Source: Rhodospirillales bacterium
Lineage (GTDB): Bacteria > Pseudomonadota > Alphaproteobacteria > Bin95
Direction of reading: 5' to 3'
Assembly (NCBI GenBank): GCA_038143065.1
Contig: JAYQLI010000035.1
Coordinates: 1,408,894-1,472,893 of the forward strand
Length of the DNA stretch: 64,000 bases
The notes below the pieces were generated by a model. It saw only the letters and a list, made by a program, of their open reading frames with translations. It was not told the origin of the DNA and ran no database searches. Shown piece by piece: positions 48,385 to 60,710 of the stretch. The translations under genes and the position numbers were made by a program. The stretch's first letter is position 1, and each line of letters opens with the position of its first letter.

Positions 48385-49033
48385 TCATGGCGCTGGAATT
48401 TTATCCCTGTGGCGACAAAGATCTGCAACTGGGCACCGCCAACACTCAGGCTTCCTAGCCTTACAAAGATATCGCCCATGCAAGATAAGCCAATGATGAG
48501 CATGCAGCATGTATTCAGGTGGTGTTCGCTTCAGCAATGAGAGCTCGACGGCAAGTGTGGTTTTACCAGGTGCTAGGCCTGTCCGATTTCCAATCCTAAA
48601 GATATGCGTGTCGACCGCCATAGTAGGCGCACCAAAGGCCATATTGCGAACGACATTTGCTGTTTTTCTGCCAACTCCAGGAAGTTTCTCCAAAGCAGCC
48701 TGATCATCAGGTACTTCCCCCATGTTCGGAAAGAAGAATTTCTGAGAGCTTAATTACGTTTTTAGCCTTAGAATTATAAAGGCCTATTGTTTTAATATGT
48801 TCCTTCAACCCCTCTTCACCGAGAGCTACCATGGCCTGCGGTGTTTTAACGTCCTGGAAGAGTCTCTCCGTAGCCTTATTTACTGAAATATCTGTCGCTT
48901 GCGCTGACAATGCTACTGCCACCAGCAGTGTGTATGGGTTTACAAAGTTTAACTCTCCTTGAGGCTCTGGGTTTAAAGCTGCAAGGCGGCGGTAAAATTC
49001 GGCCACTTGGGCCTTGGGCATCGGTCTCGGCAT
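48385..49033 (-). CDS. nth: Endonuclease III (G-run frameshift near 48718)
   Basis: LSAQATD..VNKAT, HhH motif LPGVGRKTANVV, VDTH and [4Fe-4S] motif C-x6-C-x2-C-x5-C. Confidence 0.97.
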
Positions 49034-49063
49034 GATGCGCTATACTGAGCTATAAAGAGAGGT

Positions 49064-49580
49064 ATGCAAGAGGTGTCCATGAAAAATAACGCCGAGAGCA
49101 AACCAATTTTTGAAGCCACTCTCTATCCCTACCGTAGTTTACCCCCAAAAGTATTTTGGTGGCTGATGGCAGGAGTTACAGGAGTAAGTTTCATTACCGG
49201 GCTAGCATTTGCCTCAATTGGCGCATGGCCTATTTTGGGTTTTTTGGACTTGACGTGATACTTCTTTTCATTGCCTTCCGTTTGAATTATCGATCTGGAA
49301 GGTTGGTAGAAACAGTTACTCTAACGAGGGAGGAACTTCTAATTCGAAGAATTCACCCGAGTGGCAAAGTAATAGAGAAACGCCTACAGCCTTATTGGCT
49401 ACAAGTTAACTCAATACCCACGTCAGAGGAGATAGGTGCTCCCCAGCAGAAATTCGCCTCTCAAGTCATGGAAAAGTTTTCTCGTTAGGTCACTTCCTTA
49501 CCGACGATGAACGATCCAATCTAACAGAAGCACTAAATAATGCTCTTTCCAAATGTAGAGCCATGCCAGAACTTCAATGA
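49064..49580 (+). CDS. DUF2244 membrane protein (frameshifted)
   Basis: L.PYRSL, GAWPI.GFFGLD, AFRLNY, SHG...LG.FL..DER. The usual divergent neighbour of nth in Alphaproteobacteria. Confidence 0.85.
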
Positions 49581-50341
49581 CTATGCCATACACAAATCCA
49601 TCAGATCTCACAGGGCTTGATATCCTAGTAACTGGCGCAGGTAGGGGCCTTGGGAAAGCTGCAGCTAGAATGCTGGCAGGATGTGGCGCCAAAGTTTTTG
49701 GCGTATCTCGAACCGAGAGCGAGCTAAACGAGCTTAAAAATTTAATTCAGAACGACGGTGGGCAGGCAGAAGTCGCCAAACTAGACGTAACCGACTTAAA
49801 CGCCGTTCGAAGTCTAATTGGCGATCTACCGAAACTGGATGCGGTCATCAATAATGCTGGGTGGAACCGTCCTCAGCATACATTTGATGTCGATGACACT
49901 ACCTTTGATGCGATGGTGGACATTAACCTTCGAGCTACTTTTGCAGTCGCACAAGCAACAGCAAGGCGATTCAAACAAGACGGCACCAAAGGTTCAATTG
50001 TGAATATGTCGAGCCAGATGGGTCATGTGGGTGGACCGCTGAGAAGCGTCTATTGCATGACAAAATTTGGACTCGAAGGTATGACCAAGGCAATGGCTGT
50101 GGACCTAGCCGGTGAAGGTATTCGCGTTAACACGGTGGCACCAACTTTTGTAGAAACACCACTAGCATCCGAGTTTTTAAAAGAACAATCTTTCAGGGAC
50201 TTTGTCATTGGATCTATTCCTATGGGCAAACTCGCCACGGAAGACCAAGTGGCTGCAGCATGCGTATATCTTTGCTGCCCACTTTCAGCGATGACCACAG
50301 GAACAAGTATTTTGATAGATGGCGGTTGGACTGCAAAATGA
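49577..50341 (+). CDS. SDR oxidoreductase (sugar/polyol reductase-like)
   Basis: TGAGRGLG, NNAG, SSQMGHVG, YCMTK and IDGGWTA. Confidence 0.9.
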   Translation: MTMPYTNPSDLTGLDILVTGAGRGLGKAAARMLAGCGAKVFGVSRTESELNELKNLIQNDGGQAEVAKLDVTDLNAVRSLIGDLPKLDAVINNAGWNRPQHTFDVDDTTFDAMVDINLRATFAVAQATARRFKQDGTKGSIVNMSSQMGHVGGPLRSVYCMTKFGLEGMTKAMAVDLAGEGIRVNTVAPTFVETPLASEFLKEQSFRDFVIGSIPMGKLATEDQVAAACVYLCCPLSAMTTGTSILIDGGWTAK

Positions 50342-51310
50342 CGATGCGTATTGTATTTCTAGATCGCGCTATCTTCGCAAATACAGTCAAGCTTGAAGCA
50401 CCCTCATTCAGCCATGAATGGACGGAATACGCCGAAACAAAGCCAGATCAAGTTGTTGAACGACTAAATGGATGCAAAATTGCTATCTCTAGCAAGATTC
50501 CAATCAAAGCTCGGGAAATGGATCTTCTTCCCAACCTGAAAATGATAGCAATTGCAGGGACAGGCACCGATCACATCGATATCGAAGCAGCTACACGTAA
50601 GGGAATAACGGTAGCGAACCTCAAAGGATATGCCTGGAGAGCAGTAGCTGAGCACGCAATTGCCCTATCTTTTTCCCTCGCTCGTAATCTCAAAAGCTAT
50701 AGCAATGCTGTTGCTAAAGGACACTGGTCAGAAGCTGATGCCTTTTGTTGGCATGGTGGAGGGGAAATCCGCGACCTTTTAAATTCATGCTTTGCAGTTT
50801 TTGGCCGAGGTGCAATTGGAGCGGAGGTCGGACGGCTCGCAAGCCTTCTTGGAATGAACGTAATCTATGCCGAACGCAGAGATGCAAAGCATGTCCGCCC
50901 AAATTATGTAGCCTTTGATGAAGCACTAGCCATGGCAGATATGATCAGTCTGCACTGCCCTCTCATAGACTCAACACAAGGAATGATTGACAGAATCTGC
51001 TTTTGCCAAGATGAATAGGAAACCGATATTAATTAATTGTGGCCGTGGGGGCTTAGTCAATGAAATGGCCCTGGTTAAAGCGTTGAATGAAGAACAGATT
51101 TCTGGAGCTGGCTTTGACGTTCTGTCAAAGGAACCCCCAGATACGGACGACCCCAATCCATTTTTGAAACTAGCTGATCGGCCAAATGTAATTATTACAC
51201 CTCACGTAGGCTGGGCCAGCCAAAATGCAATGCAAGCAGCCGCTGATATGCTTATCGGTAATATAAATGCGTTCCAAGCTGGCAAACCTGAAAACGTTGT
51301 TGTGGTTTAA
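50338..51310 (+). CDS. D-2-hydroxyacid dehydrogenase (glycerate dehydrogenase/HprA-like; frameshift near 50985)
   Basis: GTGTDHID, VAEHA, GRGAIG, SLHCPL, INCGRGGLV, DVLSKEPP and TPHVGW. Confidence 0.9.
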
Positions 51311-52309
51311 TGGGCCAACCGCCACGCGAAATTGTGGATGCCTTGATCCGCTTAAAATTGGTCAACGAACCAGTTTCAGGAGAACCACTCATAGGTGGTG
51401 TTTCATCGGATATCTGGCGAATTGATAGGCCAAACGGACCAATTTGTGCGAAGAGGGCTCTTGGTAAACTTAAAGTAGCTGCCGATTGGCATGCCCCGGT
51501 TGAACGAAGTATTTATGAAGCAAGATGGCTTACTCGTGCATCTGCGGCTTTGCCGGGAGTAGCGCCTAAAATGCTGGGGCAGGATGAAGTGTCCGGTGTC
51601 ATTGCTCTAGAGTGGCTTCCACCAGACAACCATCCAGTCTGGAAGACAGAGATGATAACTGGGCATATCCCCCACGCATTTGCGGGGGAAGTAGGACGTC
51701 GGCTAGCTCGCATTCATTCTGTAACAGCTCTCGTGCGCGACCCATCGATTGAGGTGGATTTTCCAACGGATTCAATTTTTTATGCAATCCGGCTTGAACC
51801 TTATCTCGCAGCATTGCGGCCGGTGTGGCCTGACTTAGCCCCTCATCTAACCGCTTTGATTAACAGAACCGCTTCCACAAAACGCTGTCTTATCCATGGA
51901 GACATAAGCCCGAAAAATATTTTGATGGGCCCATCCGGTCCTGTTTTTATTGATGCAGAATGTGCTTGGGCGGGAGACCCAGCTTTTGATCTTGCATTTT
52001 GCCTTAATCACTTACTGCTTAAATGCAATGTTCACCCCGACAAGTTAGCAGCTTTCGGTAAAAGCTTTAAAAAGCTATCGCAAGTATACTTAAAAAGGTG
52101 TTGATTGGGAGTCCCACCAAGAACTGGAGATGCGCGCCGCCACTCTTTTTGCCAGCTCTTTTGCTTGCTCGAGTGGATGGAAAATCTCCGCCGAATACAT
52201 CACTGCTTCGAAGGATAAAGAACGTATTCGCAAAATTGCTTCATCATTAATTCAATCCAGTCCTCACAGCCTTACCAAAATATGGAATGCCTGGTCAGAA
52301 GAATTTTAA
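51310..52309 (+). CDS. APH/methylthioribose-kinase-like phosphotransferase (frameshifts at 3' end)
   Basis: GGVSSDIW, KRAL.KL.V..DW, RLEPYL, HGDISPKNIL, DAECA..GDPAFD, and LARVDGKSP in an alternate frame. Confidence 0.85.
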
Positions 52310-52389
52310 TAGCTATGCCAATTAATCAGAAACAATGAGTCCGATTTTGAGCAAGGCAATAACGCACAAACAGATTTGCGCTAACCGCT

Positions 52390-52671
52390 CTAAATTTCGC
52401 CGAAGCCCTGATCAATTAAATTTGAAACTGCCGAGACAGCTTCATCGGCCCTATGACCTTCGGCTACTATTATCACTTTAGTTCCAAATTCAGCGCCCAG
52501 CATCAAAAGGTCCATGATTGAATTGGCCTCTGCTGTCTCACCATTGCACTTGATGAAAACGTCGGCTTCAAAAGTTTGCACCAGGCTGGCCACCTTAGCT
52601 GCGGGACGCGCATGAAGCCCTTTTGGATTACAGATAACCGTCTCTTTAGCAGTGCCCAAATTAGTCACCAT
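52390..52671 (-). CDS. ptsH: HPr/NPr phosphocarrier
   Basis: N.KGLHARPAA (His15) and A.SIMDLLML (Ser46). Confidence 0.95.
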   Translation of the reverse strand: MVTNLGTAKETVICNPKGLHARPAAKVASLVQTFEADVFIKCNGETAEANSIMDLLMLGAEFGTKVIIVAEGHRADEAVSAVSNLIDQGFGEI

Positions 52672-53064
52672 TACTTAATACACGACTAGCCATGCAGATA
52701 TATTTTTTCCAGCATCTTCCGCCTGAGATGCGCAATCTTTCAAAGCTAGCTTCTCACGTGTCTGCGCAAGTTTAACAAGCATAGGAAGATTTACTCCGGC
52801 AATTACCTCAACTCGCGCACCTTCCATAATCGATATAGCTAAATTTGAAGGAGTACCTCCAAACATATCAGTTAATAGGACTACTCCATCGCCAGAGTCA
52901 TTTCTTCGAACAGCTTTAGATATGTCTTTTCGGCGAGCAATAGGATCATCTTCAGGTCCAATCGCAATGGCTTCCGCTTGCGGCAAGTCACCGACTACAT
53001 GTCGCAGCGCCTTCAAAAGTTCTGCTGCTAATTCACCGTGAGAAACGACCACTATGCCGATCAT
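52661..53064 (-). CDS. manX: PTS EIIA mannose-type (A-run frameshift at 3' end)
   Basis: MIGIVVVSHG, TDMFGGTPSNLA and GVNLPML. Confidence 0.93.
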
Positions 53065-53234
53065 AAAATCCCCTCCGGCTAAATTCCCTGCCCCCAGGTT
53101 AGTTTGATTACACTTATTACGAAAACCTCTTAACCTGCCAGTTAAAAAAGATCACGCAATATCACAATAGCTGGTGCATCTTTATGTCTAGCATCACAAA
53201 TAACTTGTTGTGGTTGGTTCTAATTAGCTCATGA

Positions 53235-54940
53235 TTAATTCGGGTCAAACTGAGCTACTGGCAAAGTAACTACAAAACGGGCTCCAATTATCTCATGGTC
53301 AGCCGCTCTTCTATTTTCAGCAATTATTTTTCCGCCTTGCGCTTCAACAATTTGCCGAGAAATTGAAAGGCCGAGCCCCGAATGCTCTCCGAAAACTTCT
53401 TCATCAGGACGTTCCGTATAAAATCTTGCAAAAATGGCATCTTCCTTTCCAGGAGGTATACCGGGCCCATCATCTTCGATGGCAACAATGAAAACATCGC
53501 CAACACGAGATAATCGCATATTAATTTGGCCAGTTATCGGGCTGAAGGATCTGGCATTACTGATTAAATTTTGAAAAACCTGTCCTAGGCGAAGTTCACC
53601 ACCCTTGACCCAAGCTCCCTCCTGAAGCGATTCGGAAATTTCTAAATGGAGTGTAGGAGCCTGTGACTGCACAACTATAGTATTTTCAATCTCCATAAGT
53701 GTTTGAAGCAGCTGAACCAGATCTATCGATTCCATCTCTTCCCTAGACATTTCAGCATCGAGACGCGAAGCATCAGAAATGTCACTTATCAGTCGGTCGA
53801 GGCGGTCAACATCGTTTTGGATCACACCAAGCAAACGCTGGCGTTGGCTTTCATCATTCACACGTAAGACCGTTTCTACTGCGCTTTTTAGCGAAGTCAG
53901 TGGATTTTTTATCTCATGAGCGACATCTGCAGCGAATTGCTCTGTCGCCATCATTCGGCCTTTAATCGCTTCAGTCATATCTCGCAGTGCAACCGACAGA
54001 TCGCCTATCTCATCTTTTCGTTTCGATAGGTCAGGTATCGACTGCTCCAAAGAGCGTCTGCCTCGGTTTCGATCCACTGCATGTGCCAACACTCTTAACG
54101 GACGGGAGATTGCATTTGCGAGATATAGAGAAGCTAAAACCGACAAAAACATTGCAACCGCAAAAACACGAAGGATATCGTAGCGCACCCCCCTAACAGC
54201 CTGCGCTACTCCTTTACCCTCTTGAGAGAGCATCACAGCCCCAATGATCTGCTTAAACCGTTTAGTCGGAGATGTTGCTGTCAAAATCAAACGGCCATCT
54301 GACATGCGTCGAACGGCTCCATCAATTTTTCCCGATAATGCCGAAACAGCTTCCGGGTAATCAAAAGCTGTCTGATTGGGCCCTTCGGTATAAAGAGGCC
54401 GGCGGCGAACAAATTTCTCCCATACTGGAGTTATCAAATCGTAGGCCCTATTGAAAAAAGCTTCAAAGCCACCGGAGGAATTCGGGGTGGTAAATTTTCA
54501 ATTTGAATTAGCCCGCTACCGCCTACCACGCGACGACTGTCGACCATCAATGCAGAATTTGGCGTAAACACTCGGACCCGCGGACGATCAGGATTAGCAA
54601 ATCTGTTAACAAGACGCTTCGCGAGTTCTGGTTGAAGAAACGCTTCAACACCACTGTCTCCACCCTGCTCTATACCAGCACTTTCTCCAAGGGCCTCAGC
54701 CACCAAAGTCGCTTGTGCTTTCAAAACACCAAGCTCGCTCTGTATTAATTGAGATTCATACCGTTCAAGATAAAGAAGGCCAAAAAAAAGAATGCCGGGA
54801 CCAACCAAATTAACCAACAAAACGCCGCGAGCTAATGGCGAAAACCAAAGACGGCCATGTCGATGAGAGGTTGAAACATTACGTTGGATTACCCAATCCC
54901 ATAGTGCCACACTCGGCGCAATGAAAATTCGGCGCAACAA
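53235..54940 (-). CDS. chvG: Sensor histidine kinase ChvG/ExoS (frameshift near 54455)
   Basis: SPLAR..L.VN, HAMP DEIGDLS, FAADVAHEIKNPLTS, NARSFSP, RFYTERP..E.FG.HSGLGLSI. Lies downstream of chvI. Confidence 0.93.
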
Positions 54941-54945
54941 AGCTT

Positions 54946-55644
54946 CTATTCAGCCTTATACCGATAACCCACACCGTACAAAGTCTCGATATGGTTAAAT
55001 TGAGGATCACATTGTCTCATCTTTTTCCGCAAGCGCTTGATGTGACTATCAATTGTTCGGTCATCAACATAAATGCTATCGCCGTAAGCTGCATCCATTA
55101 ACTGATCACGGGTTTTGACGAAGCCAGGACGAATAGCTAAGGCTTTTAAAAGCAGAAACTCTGTCACTGTTAAATTCACCTGATCGCCTTTCCAGAGACA
55201 GAGGTGGCGAGCTCCGTCCATCACAAGATGGCCTCTTGTAAATTGCTCTGCTCCAGCCTGTGCTGTTTCCTCTCCTATATCTACGCGGCGAAGCAAAGTA
55301 CGAATGCGCTCTACTAATAGTCTTTGAGAAAATGGCTTACGGATGTAATCGTCTGCACCTAGGCGCAGGCCAAGAACTTCATCAACTTCATCATCTTTTG
55401 ACGTCAAAAAAATAACTGGAAGAGCTGTTGTCCGACTACGCAGCTTTTGAAGGAGCTCCATTCCATCCATGCGAGGCATTTTGATATCAAGTACGGCAAG
55501 GTCAACTGGAGCCTGTCGAATACCGCGCAGAGCCTGCTCACCGTCGGTATAGGTGTCCACACCAAACCCTTCTGCCTCGAGTGCAATTGAGACGGAAGTT
55601 AAGATGTTTCGGTCGTCGTCAACCAGAGCGATACGATGAACCAT
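54946..55644 (-). CDS. chvI: Response regulator ChvI
   Basis: [30 protein letters not shown] and [24 protein letters not shown]. Confidence 0.97.
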   Translation of the reverse strand: MVHRIALVDDDRNILTSVSIALEAEGFGVDTYTDGEQALRGIRQAPVDLAVLDIKMPRMDGMELLQKLRSRTTALPVIFLTSKDDEVDEVLGLRLGADDYIRKPFSQRLLVERIRTLLRRVDIGEETAQAGAEQFTRGHLVMDGARHLCLWKGDQVNLTVTEFLLLKALAIRPGFVKTRDQLMDAAYGDSIYVDDRTIDSHIKRLRKKMRQCDPQFNHIETLYGVGYRYKAE

Positions 55645-55951
55645 GATGGAGGCCGTCCTTTACGCTTGAGTACTACTATAAAGGAATGGCTGTAGATTGT
55701 GACCACAATTAGTCATCAACGCACCAGTTATGCCGCAATTGGCACAATGCTTCCATTTACTTCAAAACTAATAAAATTCGCGCTATAATTGATCTTTGCA
55801 GAACATTCGAAGATCTAGCACTGAAAATTCTCTTAGGCCGTCGAACAAGGATCTACTGCCTTCAACGAATACAAATCTGCATGCGATCCGCGAAATCCTT
55901 ATCTTAACGATTTAAACGCAATGTACGGCCCTAAGGTGCAGATAAAAATTT

Positions 55952-56968
55952 TTACAATCCCTGCAATACTTTCGGCATAACCTCCTTGGCAAAAATTTCC
56001 ATGGAGTCCATAACTTGAGAGTGCGGGGTTCCTAAGGACTGAAAAGCCGGTATCACGGCAGTCACACCAAGCTGGCGGCCATAGCCAATCAACTGCTCTG
56101 CCACCTGATCAGGCGACCCAAGTAAAAATCTATCCTCAAGTAGCTCTTCAAACGGCAGGTCGAGGTTATTATCTCCGTCCGCCATGGACTTATCTTGTCC
56201 CCACGCATGGTAAGATTTGTATTTTGCCTCAAGAGGGTCTTGCGATGCGAATTGCCTCAGCTTCTGTCGCTCCAAGGTAGCATTCTCGCATAATGGGCAG
56301 TACTTTTGGCTCTGATTTACCGGCGGCCTCCAATGCGCGTCGATACACATCGAGCTGCCGTTCTATTGTTGCCATAGTTTGATGAGGGTTAATGAACCAT
56401 GCATCTGCCATTCTCGCTGCGCGTTCAATTCCAGCATCAACATTAGCGCCAATCCAAAAGGTGGATTGGGTTTCTGCAAGGGTTTTACGGAACAAGAAGC
56501 ATTGTCTAACTCGAAATGAGAGCCTTTCATATTCACCGCTTCTTCGGTCCAGAGACGACGGATAGCCACCAGGTTTTCCTCAAACCGACGGCCTCTTTCC
56601 CTAGCGGTCGTACCAAATGCTTTAAATTCGACCTCACGATAGCCAATACCTGAACCGAACACCAAGCGTCCGCCAGACATCACATCAATAGCTGCGAGCT
56701 GCTCGGCTATATCAAGAGGCTTATGCAACGGTAAAAGCACAATACCCGTAACAAGTTTGATACTAGGTGCTTCCACCATAACACGTGCTAAAAATGGTGT
56801 CTGCTGAAGAGCCTGCACCGGGGACATCGAATAGTGTTGTCCCTTGGTTAGGTAACTATAGCCAAGCTTGTCTGCCAAACGGGCACACTCACACGCCTTG
56901 GCAAAAGCATCTTGCATATCCGTGCCTGAGGGATACTGACCTCTCATGCTAAAGCCATATTCCATCAT
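55952..56968 (-). CDS. LLM-class flavin-dependent oxidoreductase (split in 3 ORFs)
   Basis: LPLHKPLDIAEQ, GRLVFG.GIGYR..EF, KPLQKP.PP, RAARMADAW and GSPDQVAE. Confidence 0.9.
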
Positions 56969-57042
56969 TTTTCCTCTCTTGATACACCGATACTTCCTAA
57001 TGCTAACATGCAGTCAATCAGTACACACGAAGGGCTGCGCTC

Positions 57043-58076
57043 ATGAAAGGCATTGTTTTTACTGGAGACCGGAAACTAGAACTTATGGAGTTTCCAGATC
57101 CAGAACCAGGCCCACGAGACGTAATTCTGGAGATTAAAGCGTCCGGTATGTGCGGAACGGATCTAGGCCTTTATCGCCGCTCATCTGCTTCAATCACCGA
57201 GAGCGGCCTAATTATTGGCGGGCATGAACCTTCCGGCATAGTGGCAGCTGTTGGAAAGGGAGTCTTAGAGACAGAAGCTCGTGTTGGTGACCGAGTTATG
57301 GATCATCACTATGAGGGCTGTGGACACTGTAGACACTGCAAGACTGGCTGGACCCAAAGTTGCGTAGAGGGACCAATTGTTTATGGCAACCGTGGTGGAC
57401 ATGGCGCTCACGCTAAGTACATGAAAGTGCCAGTCCATACACTTGTTCCACTACCAGAAGAGCTTTCCTTCCAAACCGGCGCCGCTATCGCATGTGGAAC
57501 CGGTACCGCTTATGGAGCACTAAAGCGGCTAGGCTTGGAGGGTGACGAAACGATCGCCGTTTTCGGACAAGGACCAGTTGGTCTATCAGCAACCCAATTA
57601 GCTGCAGCAATGGGCGCACGCGTCATAGCAGTTGATCCAGAATCTGATAGACGCGAAATGGCTTTGAGCCGGGGGCAGAGATTGCCCTCGATCCTAGTGA
57701 CGGTAAAGTTGTTCAAGCAATCATGGATCTGACACACGGCGAGGGCGCTGATAAATCTCTCGACGCAACTAATTCCGCCGACGCTCGCCGAAATGCAGTT
57801 CAATCAACCAGGACATTCGGCAGCTCTGTAATGGTGGGGGTTGGTGGAGAAATCACACTTCAGGTTCTTCCTGATCTTATTCGCAGACAATTAACACTTA
57901 TTGGTCATCAAACTTTTTCTAAGGTTGGACAGGCCGACTGCGCCCGTTTCGTTGCCTCACGAAAGATCGATATCGACAGCTTATTTACCCACAAATGGAA
58001 ATTACATCAGGCTGAAGAAGCATATGATTTGTTTGATCAACAGAAGACAGGCAAGGGTTTCTTCGAACCCGCCTGA
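57043..58076 (+). CDS. Zn-dependent alcohol dehydrogenase (MDR family; G-run frameshift near 57672)
   Basis: MCGTD, GHEPSG, C-x2-C-x2-C-x7-C and GQGPVG. Confidence 0.93.
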
Positions 58077-58149
58077 CATCTCAAAGATACCAAAAATGGG
58101 GCAATATTAATTATCTAAATCTTCGAGAAAGTATTTGGAGGAGGCCAAC

Positions 58150-59761
58150 ATGGCTGACAATGAATTTGATTATATTGTTATTGGTTCCGGCTCTGCTGGG
58201 GGCGCTGTGCTGGGAAGATTATCAGAAAATGGTCGCTTCAAAGTCCTTTGCTTAGAGGCAGGAACAAAAGGAGCAAAATATATCTGGACTCGTCCTCCAG
58301 CTGGAGCCGCTAATCTCGTAGATAATCCAGCTGCCAACTGGCGCTATCAATCAGAAAGCCATGAAGGTCATGGTAATCGGCAAATATATGTTCCAAGAGG
58401 TAAAATTCTTGGTGGCTCGAGTGCAATCAATGGAACTATCTATAATCGCGGCCAAAAGCTGACTACGACACATGGGGACAAATGGGTTGCCGTGGTTGGA
58501 GCTTTGAAGATGTTCTCCCATTTTTAAAAAAAATCGAAAGTACTGATATTGGTGATGATGCCCATCGTGGCCGCAGTGGTCCTATCAGAGTAACCGAAGC
58601 GGCCAAACTAACACCCTTCTATGATCTATTTATCGACGCAGCAAAAGCTCAGGGACTTCCTCATAATCCTGATTATAGCGGTGAGACACAAGAAGGTGTC
58701 GCGATGGCTCAACAGACAGTGTTCAAGGGAGAAAGAGAAAGCACTGCGGTCAAATACATAGAGCCAGCACGTAAGCGGTCTAACGTCACGGTTCATTCCG
58801 GTGCCGAGGCTGAAGAACTTCTTTTTGAGGGCAAACGGTGCATTGGCGTCACGTTTAGAAGGAATGGAAGATTAGAAAAGGCATTTGCGGCGCGTGAGGT
58901 AATTGTTTCATGCGGGACCGCCAATTCACCCAAATTGTTAGAGTTATCTGGGATAGGCAACCCAAAAATTTTATCTGAGCACGGCATCAAAACATTCCAT
59001 GAACTGCAGGGCGTGGGTGAAAATCTGCGAGATCATTTTGGTCCAATCCTGAAATGGCGTTTTAATCAGGAAGGGTTATCTCTTGCGAAACGAGGGCAAG
59101 GAGCGCGGTTTGCTCTAGAGATTGCAAAATATGTGACCCTACGTAAGGGTTTCATTTCTCAAGGTATTGGCACTTTACGCGTATTTGCTCGGTCTAGGCC
59201 AGAATTAGAAAATCCAGACGTGATGATGGTTGTGGCGCCGTACATGATAGAAATGCGCGGAGGAAGAAGTCGGCGTATGTCGCCTATAGAGGGTTTCTTT
59301 ATGTATTCTCATGCCCAAAGAACAGAAAGTATGGGCACAATGCATATTGGCTCCGCTGACCCGTCTGCACCCCCAAAAATTGGGTATCGCTTTTTGCAAA
59401 CTACAAACGACCGTTTATTGGCTATTGCCTCCATCAGAATGGCGCGAGCTATCGTGGAAAGTCCTCCGCTAGCTGAAACAATTGCTGAAGAATTGGCCCC
59501 AGGTGCCAATGTACAAAGTGATAACGAAATTCTGGAATATGTTCGAAATGAAGGTACAATCACTCACCATATGATTGGTACTTGTAAAATGGGCCATGAC
59601 CCAATGGCTGTAGTTGATGACCGTCTGCGCATTCATGGACTAGAGGGGATCCGTGTTGCCGACGCTTCAATTATGCCCACCCTCACATCAGGAAATACCA
59701 ACATCCCTAGCATAATGATTGGTGAGAAATGTGCAGCGATGGTTTGGAAGATGCAGCTTGA
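58150..59761 (+). CDS. GMC oxidoreductase 2 (frameshifts near 58458 and 59743)
   Basis: FDYIVIGSGSAG, PRGKILGGSSAING, SPKLLELSGIG, HMIGTCKMG and GNTN.P.IMIGEK. Restoring one T gives the end AMVLEDAA*. Confidence 0.92.
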
Positions 59762-59789
59762 CCACCGGTGGCTGGATTGGGGTGGTGTT

Positions 59790-59906
59790 ATGCCACCAAA
59801 CGAGAGCTTTTTAGGAAAAGCACCAAAAGAATTAGCTCTAAAACCAAATCTCCCGATCGTAGATACGCATCTGCACCTATGGCAGTTATTTCCTGAGCAA
59901 CCCTAA
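59790..59906 (+). pseudogene. 38-codon N-terminal stub of an amidohydrolase_2-family gene
   Basis: MPPNESFLGKAPKELALKPNLPIVDTHLHLW matches the E..L.P.LPI.D.H.HLW start of amidohydrolase_2 proteins, then stops. The next gene starts at 59941. Confidence 0.65.
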
Positions 59907-59940
59907 AGTCTCATGAATACTCGATACGAAAGCTTAGAAT

Positions 59941-60710
59941 ATGAAAACTCTTGAAGGCAAAATTGCTTGGATAACAGGCGCTGGAACAGGCATTGGCCGG
60001 GAGGCGCTCGCGCTAGCAGAAGCGGGTGCCTTCATAATACTTTCGGGCCGAAGAAAAACGCAGCTTGAGGATGTTAAGAGCACTATTCTTGCAGCAGGAG
60101 GAAATGCAGTGACCGCTCCACTAGACATCGTAGACGTTGAAGCTTGCGACAAGACCGTAGAATTTATTCTCGGAGCGCATAATCGGCTTGATATTGTGGT
60201 CAATAGTGCAGGGCTGAATGTACCCAAGCGGAAATGGAAAGAAATTTCCCATGATGATTGGCGCAAGGTCTTAGATGTCGACCTTGGGGGCGCATACAAC
60301 GTCTGTCAGGCTGCCCTGAAACCAATGCGTGTTCAGCGTGATGGCCTTATTATCAATGTATCGTCGATGGCAAGCCAGCGGTCGGTGGTGTTTCTGGATT
60401 TTCGTACACCGCTGCAAAGACCGGACTTAACGCATTGAACGAGAGTATAAATCACGAACATTGTCATTTAGGCATTCGGGCATGCGCGCTCTGTCCTGGA
60501 GAGGTAGCCACTGAGATCCTCACTAAACGGCCAATACCCCCTAGTCCTGAAGACCAAGCTCGCATGATTCAAGAAAGCGATATGGGAAGGGCTATTCGTT
60601 TTATTGCTGAGACTCCAGCTCATCTTTGCCTAAATGAGTTTCATATCACTCCAACCTGGAACAGGGGATATATCGGGGCGTCAGATAGGGTCTTCTCTCG
60701 CGATGACTGA
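59941..60710 (+). CDS. SDR oxidoreductase (frameshift near 60378)
   Basis: TGAGTGIG, NSAG, YTAAK in an alternate frame, and CPGEVATEIL. Confidence 0.88.

Noticed and set aside
51310-52309. Aminoglycoside resistance gene
   Set aside because: Only the APH fold is shared. The motifs and metabolic context point to a small-molecule kinase.
58482-59906. GMC-amidohydrolase fusion protein
   Set aside because: One missing T near 59743 explains the read-through. The repaired GMC ends at 59761.
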